Of a DNA stretch of 64,000 nucleotides, positions 24,713-38,101 are shown in pieces. How positions within the stretch are numbered: position 1 is the first letter of the stretch; each line of letters opens with the position of its first letter. The notes under the pieces were generated by a model. The model was not told the origin of the DNA and ran no database searches. It saw nothing but the letters and a program-made list of their open reading frames with translations. The position numbers and the translations under genes are program-made. This stretch comes from Eledone cirrhosa (Eukaryota), in assembly GCA_964016885.1 (NCBI GenBank), contig OZ024747.1:75826001-75890000 (forward strand). Direction: 5' to 3'.

Positions 24713-25120
24713 ACTAGAAATTGATTGACATATATATATCTAAAATAAACACATGAAACAATCACAGGGGATAATTTGTAAAGTGTGTAATCACACATAG
24801 CTGGTAGGTAACTAATTAAAGTTTAACTAGAGCTTCAAATATTACCTTTTAAAAAATGATTAATCCTCCCCCTCGCTGAAGATCCGAGATTTGACTACTG
24901 TGATTTTACGAATTAATCGTGAAATATATTTCTTTAATGAAATATATACAAGGAGGATTAATCATTTTTTAAAAGGTAATATTTGAAGCTCTAGTTAAAC
25001 TTTAATTAGTTCCCTACCTAGCTATGTGTGATTACACACTTTACAAATTATCCCCTGTGATTGTTTCATGTGTTTATTTTAGATATATATATATATGTCA
25101 ATCAATTTCTAGTTGATATA
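24706..25120. repeat. Inverted repeat (~165-bp arms) with a hammerhead-like motif in the spacer
   Basis: Arms 24706-24869 and 24952-25120; CCUCG-CUGAAGA...GAAAUAUAUA-CAAGG at 24871-24953 (+). Confidence 0.88.
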
Positions 25121-25223
25121 AAATGTTCGGATCTATTCATTGGAATCTTTGAGCTTATTCTACGGTGGATATGGCGCATGTCTCGGACATGACACCCTTA
25201 ATTTAATTTAATTTAATTAATTT

Positions 25224-25272
<49 letters not shown>

Positions 25273-25278
<6 letters not shown>

Positions 25279-25797
25279 ATGCTTTGGGAGGGTCATGTTG
25301 CCAATAAGAAACACACGCACCAGTTGCTTTCACTTCAATTTATTATAAATTAAATTTATAAATTTAGGAATTTATAAATTTCCGGTTGGTTGGTTGGTTC
25401 CTCAACCAGACGATTGTTCATATATTGTCAAAGTTCTTTCGTCACACATTATGTGACCTCTTCAGTGATAGGGGATTCTTTTCTTTGTTTTTGTGTCTCT
25501 CCTTTGTTCTGTCCTACGCCATCTTGTTTTTCTTGTGTGCTTAGTTTGCGCATGTGTTACATCCGGGTGTCTGTGTGTGTTTATATTTGTTTATTTATTT
25601 GTTTATTTACATGTTACTGGTTGGTTGTTTGTTCTATGTGTGTGTGTGTTTTCATTTTGTCTTTAATTGTAAGTTGTGATGTTGCTATTCCATTCATGTT
25701 TTCTATTTAATTTACATTTCTATTTAAAAAAGCATAACAATATCGGTTTCAACACACGTTTTCAGATAAAGAATCTTGCTAAACAAATTCAGAAACG

Positions 25798-25800
<3 letters not shown>
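25273..25800. mobile_element. Hammerhead-bearing pLTR-like element with inverted 3' piece
   Basis: Matches 27030-27300. Minus-strand motif UAUCA-CUGAAGA-G GUCACA UAAUG UGUGAC-GAAAGAACUU-UGACA at 25426-25470. 25728-25800 is in the opposite orientation. (TA)n flanks. Confidence 0.78.
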
Positions 25801-25868
<68 letters not shown>

Positions 25869-26363
25869 CGTATGTATATCTTATACATCTATATTTTATG
25901 TGTGCTTGTGTATGTGTCCGTGTGTGTGTGCGTACGTCTGTGTGTATGACATACCCAAGGATAGAGAGTGAAGAAACAAGAACTAATGAGAATGGCTAAG
26001 TTCGAATGATTATTTTAAAATCTGACATTAAAGTGTCAGTTTCAAATTATTTGACAACTCTCAGTCAAGCGAGACAGATGCAACGTGTGGGTGTAATTGG
26101 TGGTGTTTAGTATGATGTCAGCAAGTATATAGGATGGAGCTGGTTTTTATAGTTGCACTTGGAACGAGGCTGAGATGACATATTCCTGATGTTAGGCCAG
26201 TGTTTGTATAGAGTTGAAGAGATGAAGGATTGTCTGTCAAACATCTGGCTTTTTCAGGAAGTGCGCATAGTGTGCGTGTAATTTCAATACGGTTATAGCA
26301 CTACCGATTAAGAAACACTAATATTGTTATTACAGACGTGTGTGGTGAATATATATATATATA

Positions 26364-26432
<69 letters not shown>

Positions 26433-26495
26433 GTAGAACACTGGAAGGTAATATCCGTAGTGGTAGAGCACTCAGTCCATGGGACGAGTTTGGTA

Positions 26496-26635
26496 GAAGT
26501 ACTAACACAACAGTTAATTCACCATACCGAGAGTAATTGTTTCACCTTATGCGGATCTTCAGCCCGGACCTGAAGATCCGCATAGGGTGAAACAATTGTT
26601 CTTGGTATGGTGAACTAACTGTTGTGTTACTACTT
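26496..26635. repeat. Inverted repeat of two hammerhead-like motifs
   Basis: Arms 26496-26562 and 26570-26635, each reading outward CUGAAGA-UCCGCAUA(A/G)GGU-GAAACAAUU(GUU/ACU)-CU(U/C)GG. Confidence 0.82.
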
Positions 26636-26636
26636 A

Positions 26637-26686
<50 letters not shown>

Positions 26687-26689
26687 TAG

Positions 26690-26955
26690 TAATAATAATA
26701 ATGATAATAATAATAATAATAAATTTGAAAACTAAAATCCAAAGAGAGCTCGATAAGGATAAATATATATCAAATATATAAGAACGGTAGAGCAAATATT
26801 TATTAAAATAACAGATTAAAGTTTAACCCTCCTCCAGTTGCAACGTTTTTTGTAATATTCACTTCTGCGTTCACAGATTGACTTTGTTAGTTTCAGAAGA
26901 TCCCGTTAAGGGTGAAAGCAGCGATTCTTTGCTTAAACTTTAATTTGTTATTTTA

Positions 26956-26960
<5 letters not shown>
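26690..26960. mobile_element. Inverted pair of Penelope pLTR fragments (family of 61615-64000)
   Basis: 26690-26826 is minus sense and 26830-26960 plus sense; both match 7065-7280. Confidence 0.85.
26889..26939 (+). ncRNA. Type I hammerhead-fold motif with non-canonical CAGAAGA core
   Basis: AGUUU-CAGAAGA-U CCC GUUAA GGG U-GAA-AGCAG CGAUUCU UUGCU-U-AAACU; CUU triplet. Confidence 0.65.
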
Positions 26961-27029
<69 letters not shown>

Positions 27030-27086
27030 TTCGTTTCTGAATTTGTTTAGCAAGATTCTTTATCTGAAATCGTGTGTTGAAACCGA

Positions 27087-27505
27087 TATTGTTATACTTT
27101 GGGAGGGTCATGTTGCCAATAAGAAACACACGCACCAGTTGCTTTCACTTCAATTTATTATATATTTATAAATTTATAAATTTACAAATTTACAAATTTA
27201 CAAACTTATAAATTTCTGGTTGGTTGGTTGGTTCCACAACCAGATAGTTGTTTATATATATAGTCATAGTCCTTTCGTCACACACTCTGTGACCTCTTCA
27301 CAGAGGTCACAGAGTGTGTGACGAAAGGACTATGACTATATATATAAACAACTATCTGGTTGTGGAACCAACCAACCAACCAGAAATTTATAAGTTTGTA
27401 AATTTGTAAATTTGTAAATTTATAAATTTATAAATATATAATAAATTGAAGTGAAAGCAACTGGTGCGTGTGTTTCTTATTGGCAACATGACCCTCCCAA
27501 AGTAT

Positions 27506-27512
<7 letters not shown>
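27087..27512. repeat. Near-perfect palindrome (211-bp arms, 4-bp spacer)
   Basis: 27087-27297 versus 27302-27512; the junction truncates the hammerhead core seen intact at 25426-25470. Confidence 0.93.
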
Positions 27513-27550
<38 letters not shown>

Positions 27551-27553
<3 letters not shown>

Positions 27554-27680
27554 CGAAGGAAATGTGGTAAGGAACTAGATGGACCAAACGCACCAACGTA
27601 CTCAATACTTATGGTAGTAGAGTGGGTAATAGGAACAAGTATGAGCTCTGCCGTCGGGGTCATACTTGTTCCTATTATTT
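27551..27680. mobile_element. pLTR-like fragment family (GAAACGGC..GCCGUC type) with inversion
   Basis: Homologous to 22330-22465, 42961-43100, 57856-58048 and 61121-61322; (TA)n flanks. Confidence 0.75.
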
Positions 27681-27804
27681 ATATATATATATATAGAGAG
27701 AGAGATTCCTAACTCTATTTTCTAATGATTCCTACTAATTCAAACGTTAAACTAATATATTTCTTCCATGTACTGTGCTGTTTGTTTTGTTAGTTCTGTT
27801 TACC

Positions 27805-27937
<133 letters not shown>

Positions 27938-28128
27938 GGAAAAGAGTCACTCAGGATCTATCTCCTTCTCTCTCTCTCTCTCTCTCTTACACACACACAT
28001 ATATACATACATATATATACATATATGTACATATATATATGTTTATCCCGAGTTTAATAGGAGGTAATCACATGAGAACAGTACTCAATACATAGCAGAG
28101 CATAACTATTTAATATTACCCAATCTAC

Positions 28129-28197
<69 letters not shown>

Positions 28198-28494
28198 CAT
28201 GGCTAGCTAACTGGCACGCTGGTTTAGTGGCTGGATGGTTTGTGGGTTCCAATATTCACGTTATAAAGTACGAGTATCTCTGCTTCGTTAGAACCTTATG
28301 CCAGAAACGATTTTCATTCCGATTATGCAACATTAACTTCCTGGTAGATAAAGTTTTATCATTTCCACTTGAAATCACACATCCTGTTCTATAGTATTCA
28401 TTTCCCCGCCATGTCCACAAACATCACTAGCACTAGCACTAGCTCCCACACCAACTCATCCGCCAGTACTAACATCAAAACTTCCTCTACGCTC

Positions 28495-28688
28495 TTATTA
28501 TTATTATTACTATTATTATTATTAATAGTAGTAGTAGCAGGAGCCGCAGCAGCAGCTCTAGCAGCAGTAGCAGCATCAGCAGAAGTTGTAGTAGTAGTAT
28601 AAATAGTAGTAGTAGTAGTAGTAGTAGTAGTAATAACAACAGCAGCAGCAATAATAGCAGTAATAGTAGCAGCAGCAGCATCAGTAGC

Positions 28689-28744
<56 letters not shown>

Positions 28745-28745
28745 A
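28495..28745. repeat. (TTA)/(AGT)/(AGC) compound microsatellite
   Basis: Direct reading. Confidence 0.95.
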
Positions 28746-28769
28746 AACTCTGTACTCAATTCTAGAAAT

Positions 28770-29140
28770 CTAATATAATATGTACTAATATGCTGGCCAC
28801 ACCAATCATAATCTCCAGCTTAAATGTAATAAACCAGAAACTAACTAAGCTGAAATTTTAAACAGTAAAACTAGGAAAGAACTGACAAACTACGGAAGCC
28901 ACCCTAAAGTCTACACAGGCAGAATGTACCTAATCTCCACACGAGGAGGTGGGGGGTCTGTCATACATAGAAAACTAATACAGAATGACAACATCTGGAC
29001 TAGAAAAGCACTTAGGAGTAAATTGAGGAATGCTGAAAAATGTGATAAAGTATAACGAAACTGTATCTTTTCTCTTCATATAAAGTTACATGAGAGTACA
29101 GATACTGGAAATACATTGAAGCAATAAAGTTAGATAACAG
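28770..29140 (+). mobile_element. Degenerate R4-like LINE fragment, apparently continuing at ~30900 and 32317-32530
   Basis: Eroded KTRKELT..HPK...RMYL..GG.GL; the downstream piece has AAQD and IISGCPAL. Confidence 0.55.
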
Positions 29141-30704
29141 CTACGGACGGTCTGCCAAGACCTTCAATCGGTGATTCCTGCCCTGGCGGGAATCGGCCTC
29201 CAGGTCAACTCGGTCAAGTCGGAGGTGGTGAACGTCAGCTTCGATGCTGCGAGCTTTGCAGCCTCCGTCTTGGACGTGCGGTCCATGCTCCGCCAGGTTC
29301 AGGTGACCCCCAAAGAGGATGTCCTCATCCTCAGGTCACCGATCCACATGCCGTCCATCCGCTCCACCATCAGGTCCAGGCTTCAACAGCTCCAGACTCT
29401 CACGAGCCGACTGGGCTTGATTGACGGTCACCCAGCTCTCTTTCTGCTGAGGAACTGCTTCGCCATGCCGAAGCTCCTCTATACACTCCGCAGCGCTCCA
29501 TGCTACACCCAGACATCTCTCCTCGCTGACCTCGATAATTGTATCCGAGCAGCAGCCGAGGGGATATGCAATGTCAAGTTTGACGACATAGGGTGGCAAC
29601 AGGCCACTTTACCGCTCAGGTATGGCGGCCTTGGCCTCCGGTCCCCGATCTCAGTAGCTTTGCCGGCGTATCCTTAGTCGGTAACCTCGTGCCTCGTCCT
29701 CGTCAGCACGGTTCTTCAAAGTACAACAAGACACTCTGTGTTCAGAGAACGTGAGGCCGCCTGTGAGACGTGGGACCGGCTGGGACTTAGCCCAGTAGAC
29801 GTCCCTCCTCCTTCTCCCCCTGTTGACGTCAAGTCCCCCCAACGCACTTGGGATGCCATCCAGTGCAGCCTGGCCTCAGACAGGTTCACGCGCCAGCTCG
29901 ACCATCACCACCTTGCTTGTTTTCGTTCGGCCTCCAAACCCCACAGTGGTACCTGGCTCCATGCCCTGGCCTCCTTCTCCACTGGCACGCAGCTAGACAA
30001 ACATATCCTGCGAATCGGCGTTTCCCTGAGGCTCAGCCTCCGGATCTGCCAGCCACACCAATGTCGCTGCGGTTCCACCGTGGACTCTTTCGGCCTCCAC
30101 CCGCTTTCCTGTCGCAACAGTGTCGGCCACATTCCACGCCATGCTGCCTTCAACGAGGTCATTAAGCATGGCTTGGACGCTACAGGCTTCCCTTCCCAGC
30201 TCGAGCCGGTGGGGCTGGATCGAGGGGACGGCAAAAGGCCAGATGGCATGACCATCTTCCCGTTCCGCGGTGGTAAACCTCTCGTCTGGGATGCTACTTG
30301 CACCGACACTTTCTGCAGCCGCAACTGGTGCAGTCTGCGACTGACCCAGGTTCTTCTGCACGTCGGGCTGAGGGGGCCAAACTCCTCAAATACCGGTCGC
30401 TCTCCGACAGGTTTGCGGTCGTCCCCCTGGCAGTGGAGACTTCTGGTGTCCTCGGCTCCAGGGCTACCTCCTTACTCACCACCATGGGCGCCGAGCTGGC
30501 CAGCCGCAGGTGTGAGCCCCGCGAGTTGGAGTGGCTTTTCCAGCGCGTCTCCCTTGCCGTCCTCCAGGGAAACGCCTTCTCCATTCTGTGCGCCGGGGCT
30601 GTGGGTGGGCCCCATCACGTACCAATACATTGGTTCAATACCATTCTTTCATCTCATACAACACAATAAAGACTAATGTAATAACACAATTAAAAAAAAA
30701 AAAA
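29141..30704 (+). mobile_element. 5'-truncated CRE-like (RLE) non-LTR retrotransposon, pseudogenised
   Basis: GC-rich island encoding QATLPLRYGGLGLRS, CRCG..DSFGLHPLSC, RH..FN, KRPDGMT..GKPLVWDATCTDT, VPLAVETSG..QRVSLAVLQGNA across a stop (29675) and frameshifts. AATAAA at 30665 and poly(A) at 30692-30704. Confidence 0.88.
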
Positions 30705-30928
30705 ATTGTTCAAGAAATAAAACGACGAATATTGTATATACGTAGTCGATCTGTTGGACTTTTACGAAGCGTTGAGGAGATAAAGTTGATATAAGGAGTG
30801 GAATGCTCGTGCGCGGAGATATGCTATGAAATAGTTTATAGAATATGGTAAATATCCTTGGCATCGGCTGCCCTATTTTATGAGTTATGTTATTGCAAAC
30901 ATATTAAAGAACAAGTGAAGAGAAAAAT

Positions 30929-32317
30929 CAGTACCACAACCAGTACTCATAATAGAAAAGTACACAGTACCACAACCAGTACTCATAATAGAAAAGTACA
31001 CAGTACCACAACCAGTACTCATAATAGAAAAGTACACAGTACCACAACCAGTACTCATAATAGAAAAGTACACAGTACCACAACCAATAATCATAATAGA
31101 AAAGTACACAGTACCACAACCAGTACTCATAATAGAAAAGTACACAGTACCACAACCAGTACTCATAATGGAAAAGTACACAGTACCACAACCAATAATC
31201 ATAATAGAAAAGTACACAGTACCACAGCCAGTACTCATAATAGAAAAGTACACAGTACCACAACCAATAATCATAATAGAAAAGTACACAGTACCACAAC
31301 CAGTACTCATAATAGAAAAGTACACAGTACCACAACCAGTACTCATAATAGAAAAGTACACAGTACCACAGCCAGTACTCATAGTAGAAAAGTACACAGT
31401 ACCACAACCAATAATCATAATAGAAAAGTACACATTACCACAACCAGTACTCATAATAGAAAAGTACACAGTACCACAACCAGTACTCATAGTAGAAAAG
31501 TACACAGTACCACAACCAGTACTCAGTAGAAAAGTACACAGTACCACAACTAATAATCATAATAGAAAAGTACACAGTACCACAACCAGTACTCATAATA
31601 GAAAAGTACACAGTACCACAACCAGTACTCATAATAGAAAAGTACACAGTACCACAACCAGTACTCATAGTAGAAAAGTACACAGTACCACAGCCAGTAC
31701 TCATAATAGAAAAGTACACAGTACCACAACCAGTACTCATAGTAGAAAAGTACACAGTACCACAACCAGTACTCATAATAGAAAAGTACACAGTACCACA
31801 GCCAGTACTCATAGTAGAAAAGTACACAGTACCACAACCAGTACTCATAGTAGAAAAGTACACAGTACCACAACCAGTACTCATAATAGAAAAGTACACA
31901 GTACCACAACCAGTACTCATAATAGAAAAGTACACAGTACTACAACCAGTACTCATAATAAAAAAGTACACAGTACCACAGCCAGTACTCATAGTAGAAA
32001 AGTACACAGTACTACAGCCAATACTCATAGTAGAAAAGTACACAGTACCACAGCCAATACTCATAGTAGAAAAGTACACAGTACCACAGCCAGTACTCAT
32101 AGTAGAAAAGTACACAGTACCACAGCCAATACTCATAGTAGAAAAGTACACAGTACCACAGCCAGTACTCATAGTAGAAAAGTACACAGTACTACAGCCA
32201 ATACTCATAGTAGAAAAGTACACAGTACCACAGCCAATACTCATAGTAGAAAAGTACACAGTACCACAGCCAGTACTCATAGTAGAAAAGTACACAGTAC
32301 CACAGCCAGTACTCATA
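30929..32317. repeat. 36-bp minisatellite, ~38 copies
   Basis: Unit CAGTACCACAACCAGTACTCATAATAGAAAAGTACA, head-to-tail with no spacers. Confidence 0.97.
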
Positions 32318-32542
32318 AACCTCGATAGAAAAGAAGTAAGCCAAGTGAAAGTAAACTATAGTACAGAAGCTTATGTAGGAGAGTACTGGTTCCCGCAGCC
32401 CAAGATTAATGTCTTGGTACAAACAACTATAAGAACAGAATAATGTAGAAGGTGCAGCCAGGGCACTATGAGTGATAGACGTATTATCTCCGGCTGCCCA
32501 GCCCTTACCCAATCTGAACATATGCAGATTGGTGATCAGATA

Positions 32543-32731
32543 TACGAGGGTTGATCGAAAGGGTCATAGGCTGACTATGAAAGAATGACGCTAGAGCTGT
32601 GAACTCTTGCTTGCATTAATTGCAATTCTTCTTATTAATAACTGCATTGTTTCTGACTATGTTGAAAAATAAACCTCATTTGAACAACCTTTGACATTTT
32701 CAGGCTATGAACTTTTCAACGGATCCTCATA
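32543..32731. mobile_element. Mariner-type MITE
   Basis: TA-CGAGGG...TCATAGGCTG terminus with a degenerate complementary end; relatives at 51521 and 54242. Confidence 0.7.
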
Positions 32732-32880
32732 TTTTATTTGGAAAAAGTGATATGATTAGTTTAAACGTCTTTGGCCAATAGGCTTACTTGATAATAGCTG
32801 ATATGGGGCTAAACAATACATCCACCGACAAGCTCACTGCGAACAACTTCATCCCTACTGCCAACAAACTATTGAAAGAT

Positions 32881-32962
32881 CTTCTTCTTCTTCTTCTTCT
32901 TCTTCTTCTTCTTCTTCTTCTTCTTCTTCTTCTTCTTCTTCTTCTTCTTCTTCTTCTTCTTC

Positions 32963-33020
<58 letters not shown>
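32881..33020. repeat. (CTT)n(CAA)n microsatellite
   Basis: Direct reading. Confidence 0.97.
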
Positions 33021-33021
<1 letters not shown>

Positions 33022-33080
33022 AGCCATCGACTGACCATCCATAGAATTTTGGGTATCGTCAATCGCCTTATTTTAATGAC

Positions 33081-33197
<117 letters not shown>

Positions 33198-34574
33198 TAC
33201 ACTAATTCACACATATATATATATAAGAGATATACATGTATATACATATACGTGAGGGTGTCTATAGTGTACGTGTTTGCGTGTTAACTGATAGATCAAA
33301 ATATGCCAAGCCGAGCCGATGAAAGATTTTGAAATTAGCATATTTAATATGAAATTCTTTTATCGTTTTATTGCTTTTAGTTAGTTCGGGTGTGACCATG
33401 CAGTAGCGCCACCAACAAAACTTCGCTTTTAAAAAGATTTTATTGAATGATAATAAACCATTATACTCCTAATCATTTTCTTCCAAAAGGATAAAAATAA
33501 AGAAAAATCTATGATACCGGAGAGAAATATCCCATTTAGATTCTCCTATAATAACTCTTAAATATTTATATTTCATATTTATATTTAAATATTTTATATT
33601 TATAGAGATTTTCATGGAATAGAAATTTAGAATTTTGCAAGAAATGTTATCTTAAATGTCTCACAAATTCAATAGAATGTGTCAGTTTTTTTTTTCTTGA
33701 TTAGGATATCGTATGCCCTACATTACAAAGAAAGGGGAAAAATAAAAGAATAATAGAATTGTTCGAGGGAATTATTATTATTAGTATTATTATTGTTGTT
33801 GTTGTTGTTGTTGTCGTCGTCGTCATCATGATCATCATGATCATCATTATCACCATTATTTTATTTTGAATCAATATTGTGATAAGAAGGTAAATACTAA
33901 AGAAACAAGAAAGAATGTCTTTCCTGTTTGGGTGAGAGTGGAAGCCAGTGGGAAAACCAATTGATGTTCTAATGTGAATAACACACATCTATTGTAGATA
34001 ATTTCATTTATTATGCCATTCTTAAATCTACCATTTCAACAGACAAACAACACAACATGGTTTATATACAGTGTTGGGTGTTTTTCTCTCCGTTTATATT
34101 TCCTTTTCTTTTCTTCTCTTTTCTCTCTGGTTTATCACTGGTGCATCATTATTCAACATCAGTTCAGCTATACAACACATACCAGGCACAAAGACATAAA
34201 CAGTTTAGGGTCGTAAATATGCAGCTAAATTACTAAAAGGCTGTATATAGCTGGTATTTATTTTATCGAACTCGGATGAATAATTCAGCAGGATTAGAAC
34301 TTTTGACTGAGGACGGAAAGGGACATAACTAAATAGATTCTACCATTAAACCCATTATCATAATAGTAATGAGCTTTCAAAAGGGACAAAAGGACAAGAT
34401 CAAAACCATCGGCGGAGTAATTTGACATTTATATTGCCCCTACTACATCACTGGTATTAATATAATCTGCAACGGAAGGATGAATGGCAAAGTTCACATC
34501 GGTGTGATTTGCACTCAGTTGGTAACTACATATTACCATGATTTTTCCGATGTTTTAATGATTCAGCCATCTAC

Positions 34575-34766
34575 AGCCCTCCCTCCCAGCTCTAACATAT
34601 ATCCCCTCTACCAACCCTTCCACAGACAGCCCTCTCCCAGCTCTAACATACACCCCCCTCTACCAACCCTTCCACAGACAGCTGTCCTCTAACTCTAACA
34701 TACACCCCCTCTACCAACCCTTCCACAGACAGCTATCTCCTAACTCTAACATACACCCCCTCTACT
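34575..34766. repeat. ~51-bp tandem repeat, ~3.5 copies
   Basis: CTCTAACATACACCCCCTCTACCAACCCTTCCACAGACAGC starts at about 34590, 34641, 34693 and 34744. Confidence 0.85.
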
Positions 34767-35745
34767 AAATCTTACGAAAACATCACTCTACCAACACTAC
34801 CATTCACAGCATCCTACCCAACCTAGTATTTCATCCTTCTATCAACTCTGCCATCCTACTATACCACTTAATCTAGCATAAACACCGCTCTACAAATTCT
34901 ACGATCAATACATTTATACCAACTCTACCGATGACATCATCCACAGTCCTTTACCAACCCTACCATCCACGGCTTTTTCAACTCTGCCATGCAATCCCAT
35001 ACTACACAGATTGTCACGGACAGTCCTCTACTTACTCTGCTAACCACGGCAACTAATATTGTAAACAATTTTTCCCAATTGATGCTCTCAACTCCCAGGG
35101 GTTCTCTTCCTGAAAATGCTAGTTCAGGTTATCAAACATATCGCCCTTAACATCTAAAGATAGCCTACAAGAATTATGGTTATGAACCCCTATTTCCTTG
35201 GATCAACTGACATCAGCTATCATCAACAATTTACCTATTTGTCACTAAATATTTTTCATTTATTTTCTTATTCCAGACAAACACGCACATCCCAGCCACC
35301 CCTCCACATATAAACATATGGAATAAAGGAGACGAGGGGAAGAGAGAGAGAGAGAGAGAGAGAGTGAGATGGAATAAAATTTAGACGAATGATAAACATA
35401 ATAGATACGTATGAATTATGATTTATTCTGTTATTGCTTTCTATTAAATATATTAAATTTCTTTGATGCTTATTTGAGACGTTTGATACACCCAACTTGA
35501 TATATCTTATTCTAATATAACAAAGCAGGGAACTGTTTTTACAATACCAGACTATAATTATTGTTAAATAAATACGCGTCATTGTAACAAAGCGAATACA
35601 ATTGTCTGGTCTTTTGTAACGTGTTAGCAGTAATAAGGATAATAATATTTTTTTCTTTTATTGAACACAATAAGCCCAGACAGTGAGAACAACACGAATG
35701 CAAATTACACACACACACACACACACAGACACACACACACGCGCG

Positions 35746-35819
<74 letters not shown>

Positions 35820-36498
35820 TAAAAACCAAATCAAACAGTAAAAAGAAATAGTGAGAGAATTACATGGAGTAAAATGGTGAGATTCAAAATAACGATATGA
35901 ACACATTAATAAATGGAGAGCAAAGGAGAGCAATAGAAATACATATAACAAAAACATCCCAAATAAGGACGAAATGAGATAAGCTACTTGGAGGAACCCA
36001 TACTCTACCTCGGATTACTTTGACCCAACAAAGGCAAGAGCTGTCACAGTTCCTACCATCATGCTGTAACTACAGAGTTATACTGGACTCTTAGATACGG
36101 CAAATTCCACCCTTTACAAGCCAGATGTGTAATGGTAAGTGTATATATATATATGTTAATGTATGAGTAAGTCAAATGTTTTATTTTAAAATGCGAATTC
36201 AAATATGTTGTATTATTCCAAGGTAAATTAAACTGAAATGACACTGGTGTAGAACTCTTTGTTTATGAAGTTTTCTTTCATTGTAAGATCACTTCTATCA
36301 GTGTTACCTTTCATTTCATATACAAAATATATTTTCAGTTGTTGTTGAGATCATAATTGTTTGCCAAATATATAATTGGATTGTAAGTCCTCACATGTTC
36401 AACCATATTAGTTTCCATAATAAAGAGGCGCATGAGACAAAAACCGTTATATGCCCCTACATTTTGTGAATAAAAAACATACCAGGTTCCTATATAAA

Positions 36499-36680
36499 AT
36501 AATTGTTTCTACTTTTGGGCACAAGGCCAGCAATTACCCACTACATTACTGGTACTTTATTTTATCGACCCCGTAAGGATGAAAGGCAAAGTTAACCTCG
36601 ACGGGATTTGAACTCAGACCGTAAAGGGACGTATCTATGCTAGAAAGCATGGCATCCAACCCTCTACCGATATTGCCAAA
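36499..36680 (-). mobile_element. SINE family A copy
   Basis: Reverse complement of the 14298-type sequence. Confidence 0.88.
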
Positions 36681-37246
36681 TAAAATAATATCATTTCAAA
36701 ATGTTTTCTTAAAAGTTGTGTTGAAGTTTTTTAAAAGTTGTGTTGAATTTTGTGTAATTCGTCATCACCAACGTTCCATAAACTACTTTAATCTTCAAGT
36801 GGAGAAGTTGTTTGTTGTTTAACCTAAGAAGGAAGGCTCTGTCCTGAAATATGTCCACTCAAGTGGCTTTGTCATAGACATGAAAAGGAGATGTCTGCCA
36901 ATTGTTCTTTTCCAAAGGAAGCCATGTCGGCTGTTCATTGAAAATAAAAAAATGAAAACTCGACAGATAGATAGACGGACTGAGACCGGAATAGGCCCTT
37001 AACTTTTAACACATCCATTCCAGTCAACATTCAATTTATAGTCTATACATACATTTTAATCTACTGAGATTAACGGAGTTATCTTCCGTCTACATATATA
37101 TATATATATATATATAGATAAATCTACCAAAAATTTACGGTAGTGTCTAATCCGTATGAAGAACTCAATGTAATCCGGATATCATGAAAAGAGAAGATAC
37201 ATTCAAAAACTATTTTCGGTGAAAATTAACGGAAAACAGAGTCAAG

Positions 37247-37729
<483 letters not shown>

Positions 37730-37859
37730 TGATCAAAATGAAATTATTTCAATCATATTATACTGATCATGATGTACATATGTATGTTTGTATATATATA
37801 TATATATATAAAACTCCAGCCTGCATACTGAGGTGTTGGTATACAACCAACATATACTC

Positions 37860-37961
<102 letters not shown>

Positions 37962-37985
37962 TATATGCATGTATATATATATATG

Positions 37986-38069
<84 letters not shown>

Positions 38070-38101
38070 TATATACACATATATATATATATATTTATTT
38101 T

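Noticed and set aside
27087-27512. Treating all palindromes as MITEs or as assembly fold-back artefacts
   Set aside because: The same sequences occur elsewhere as single-orientation copies with variable ends, unlike TIR elements, and several pairs have diverged arms. The perfect ones still need read-level confirmation.
30929-32317. CRISPR-like 36-bp periodicity and mucin-like S/T-rich ORFs (223-386 aa)
   Set aside because: Units are contiguous with no unique spacers, there are no cas genes and the context is eukaryotic. The ORFs are open in several frames only because the unit is a multiple of 3.
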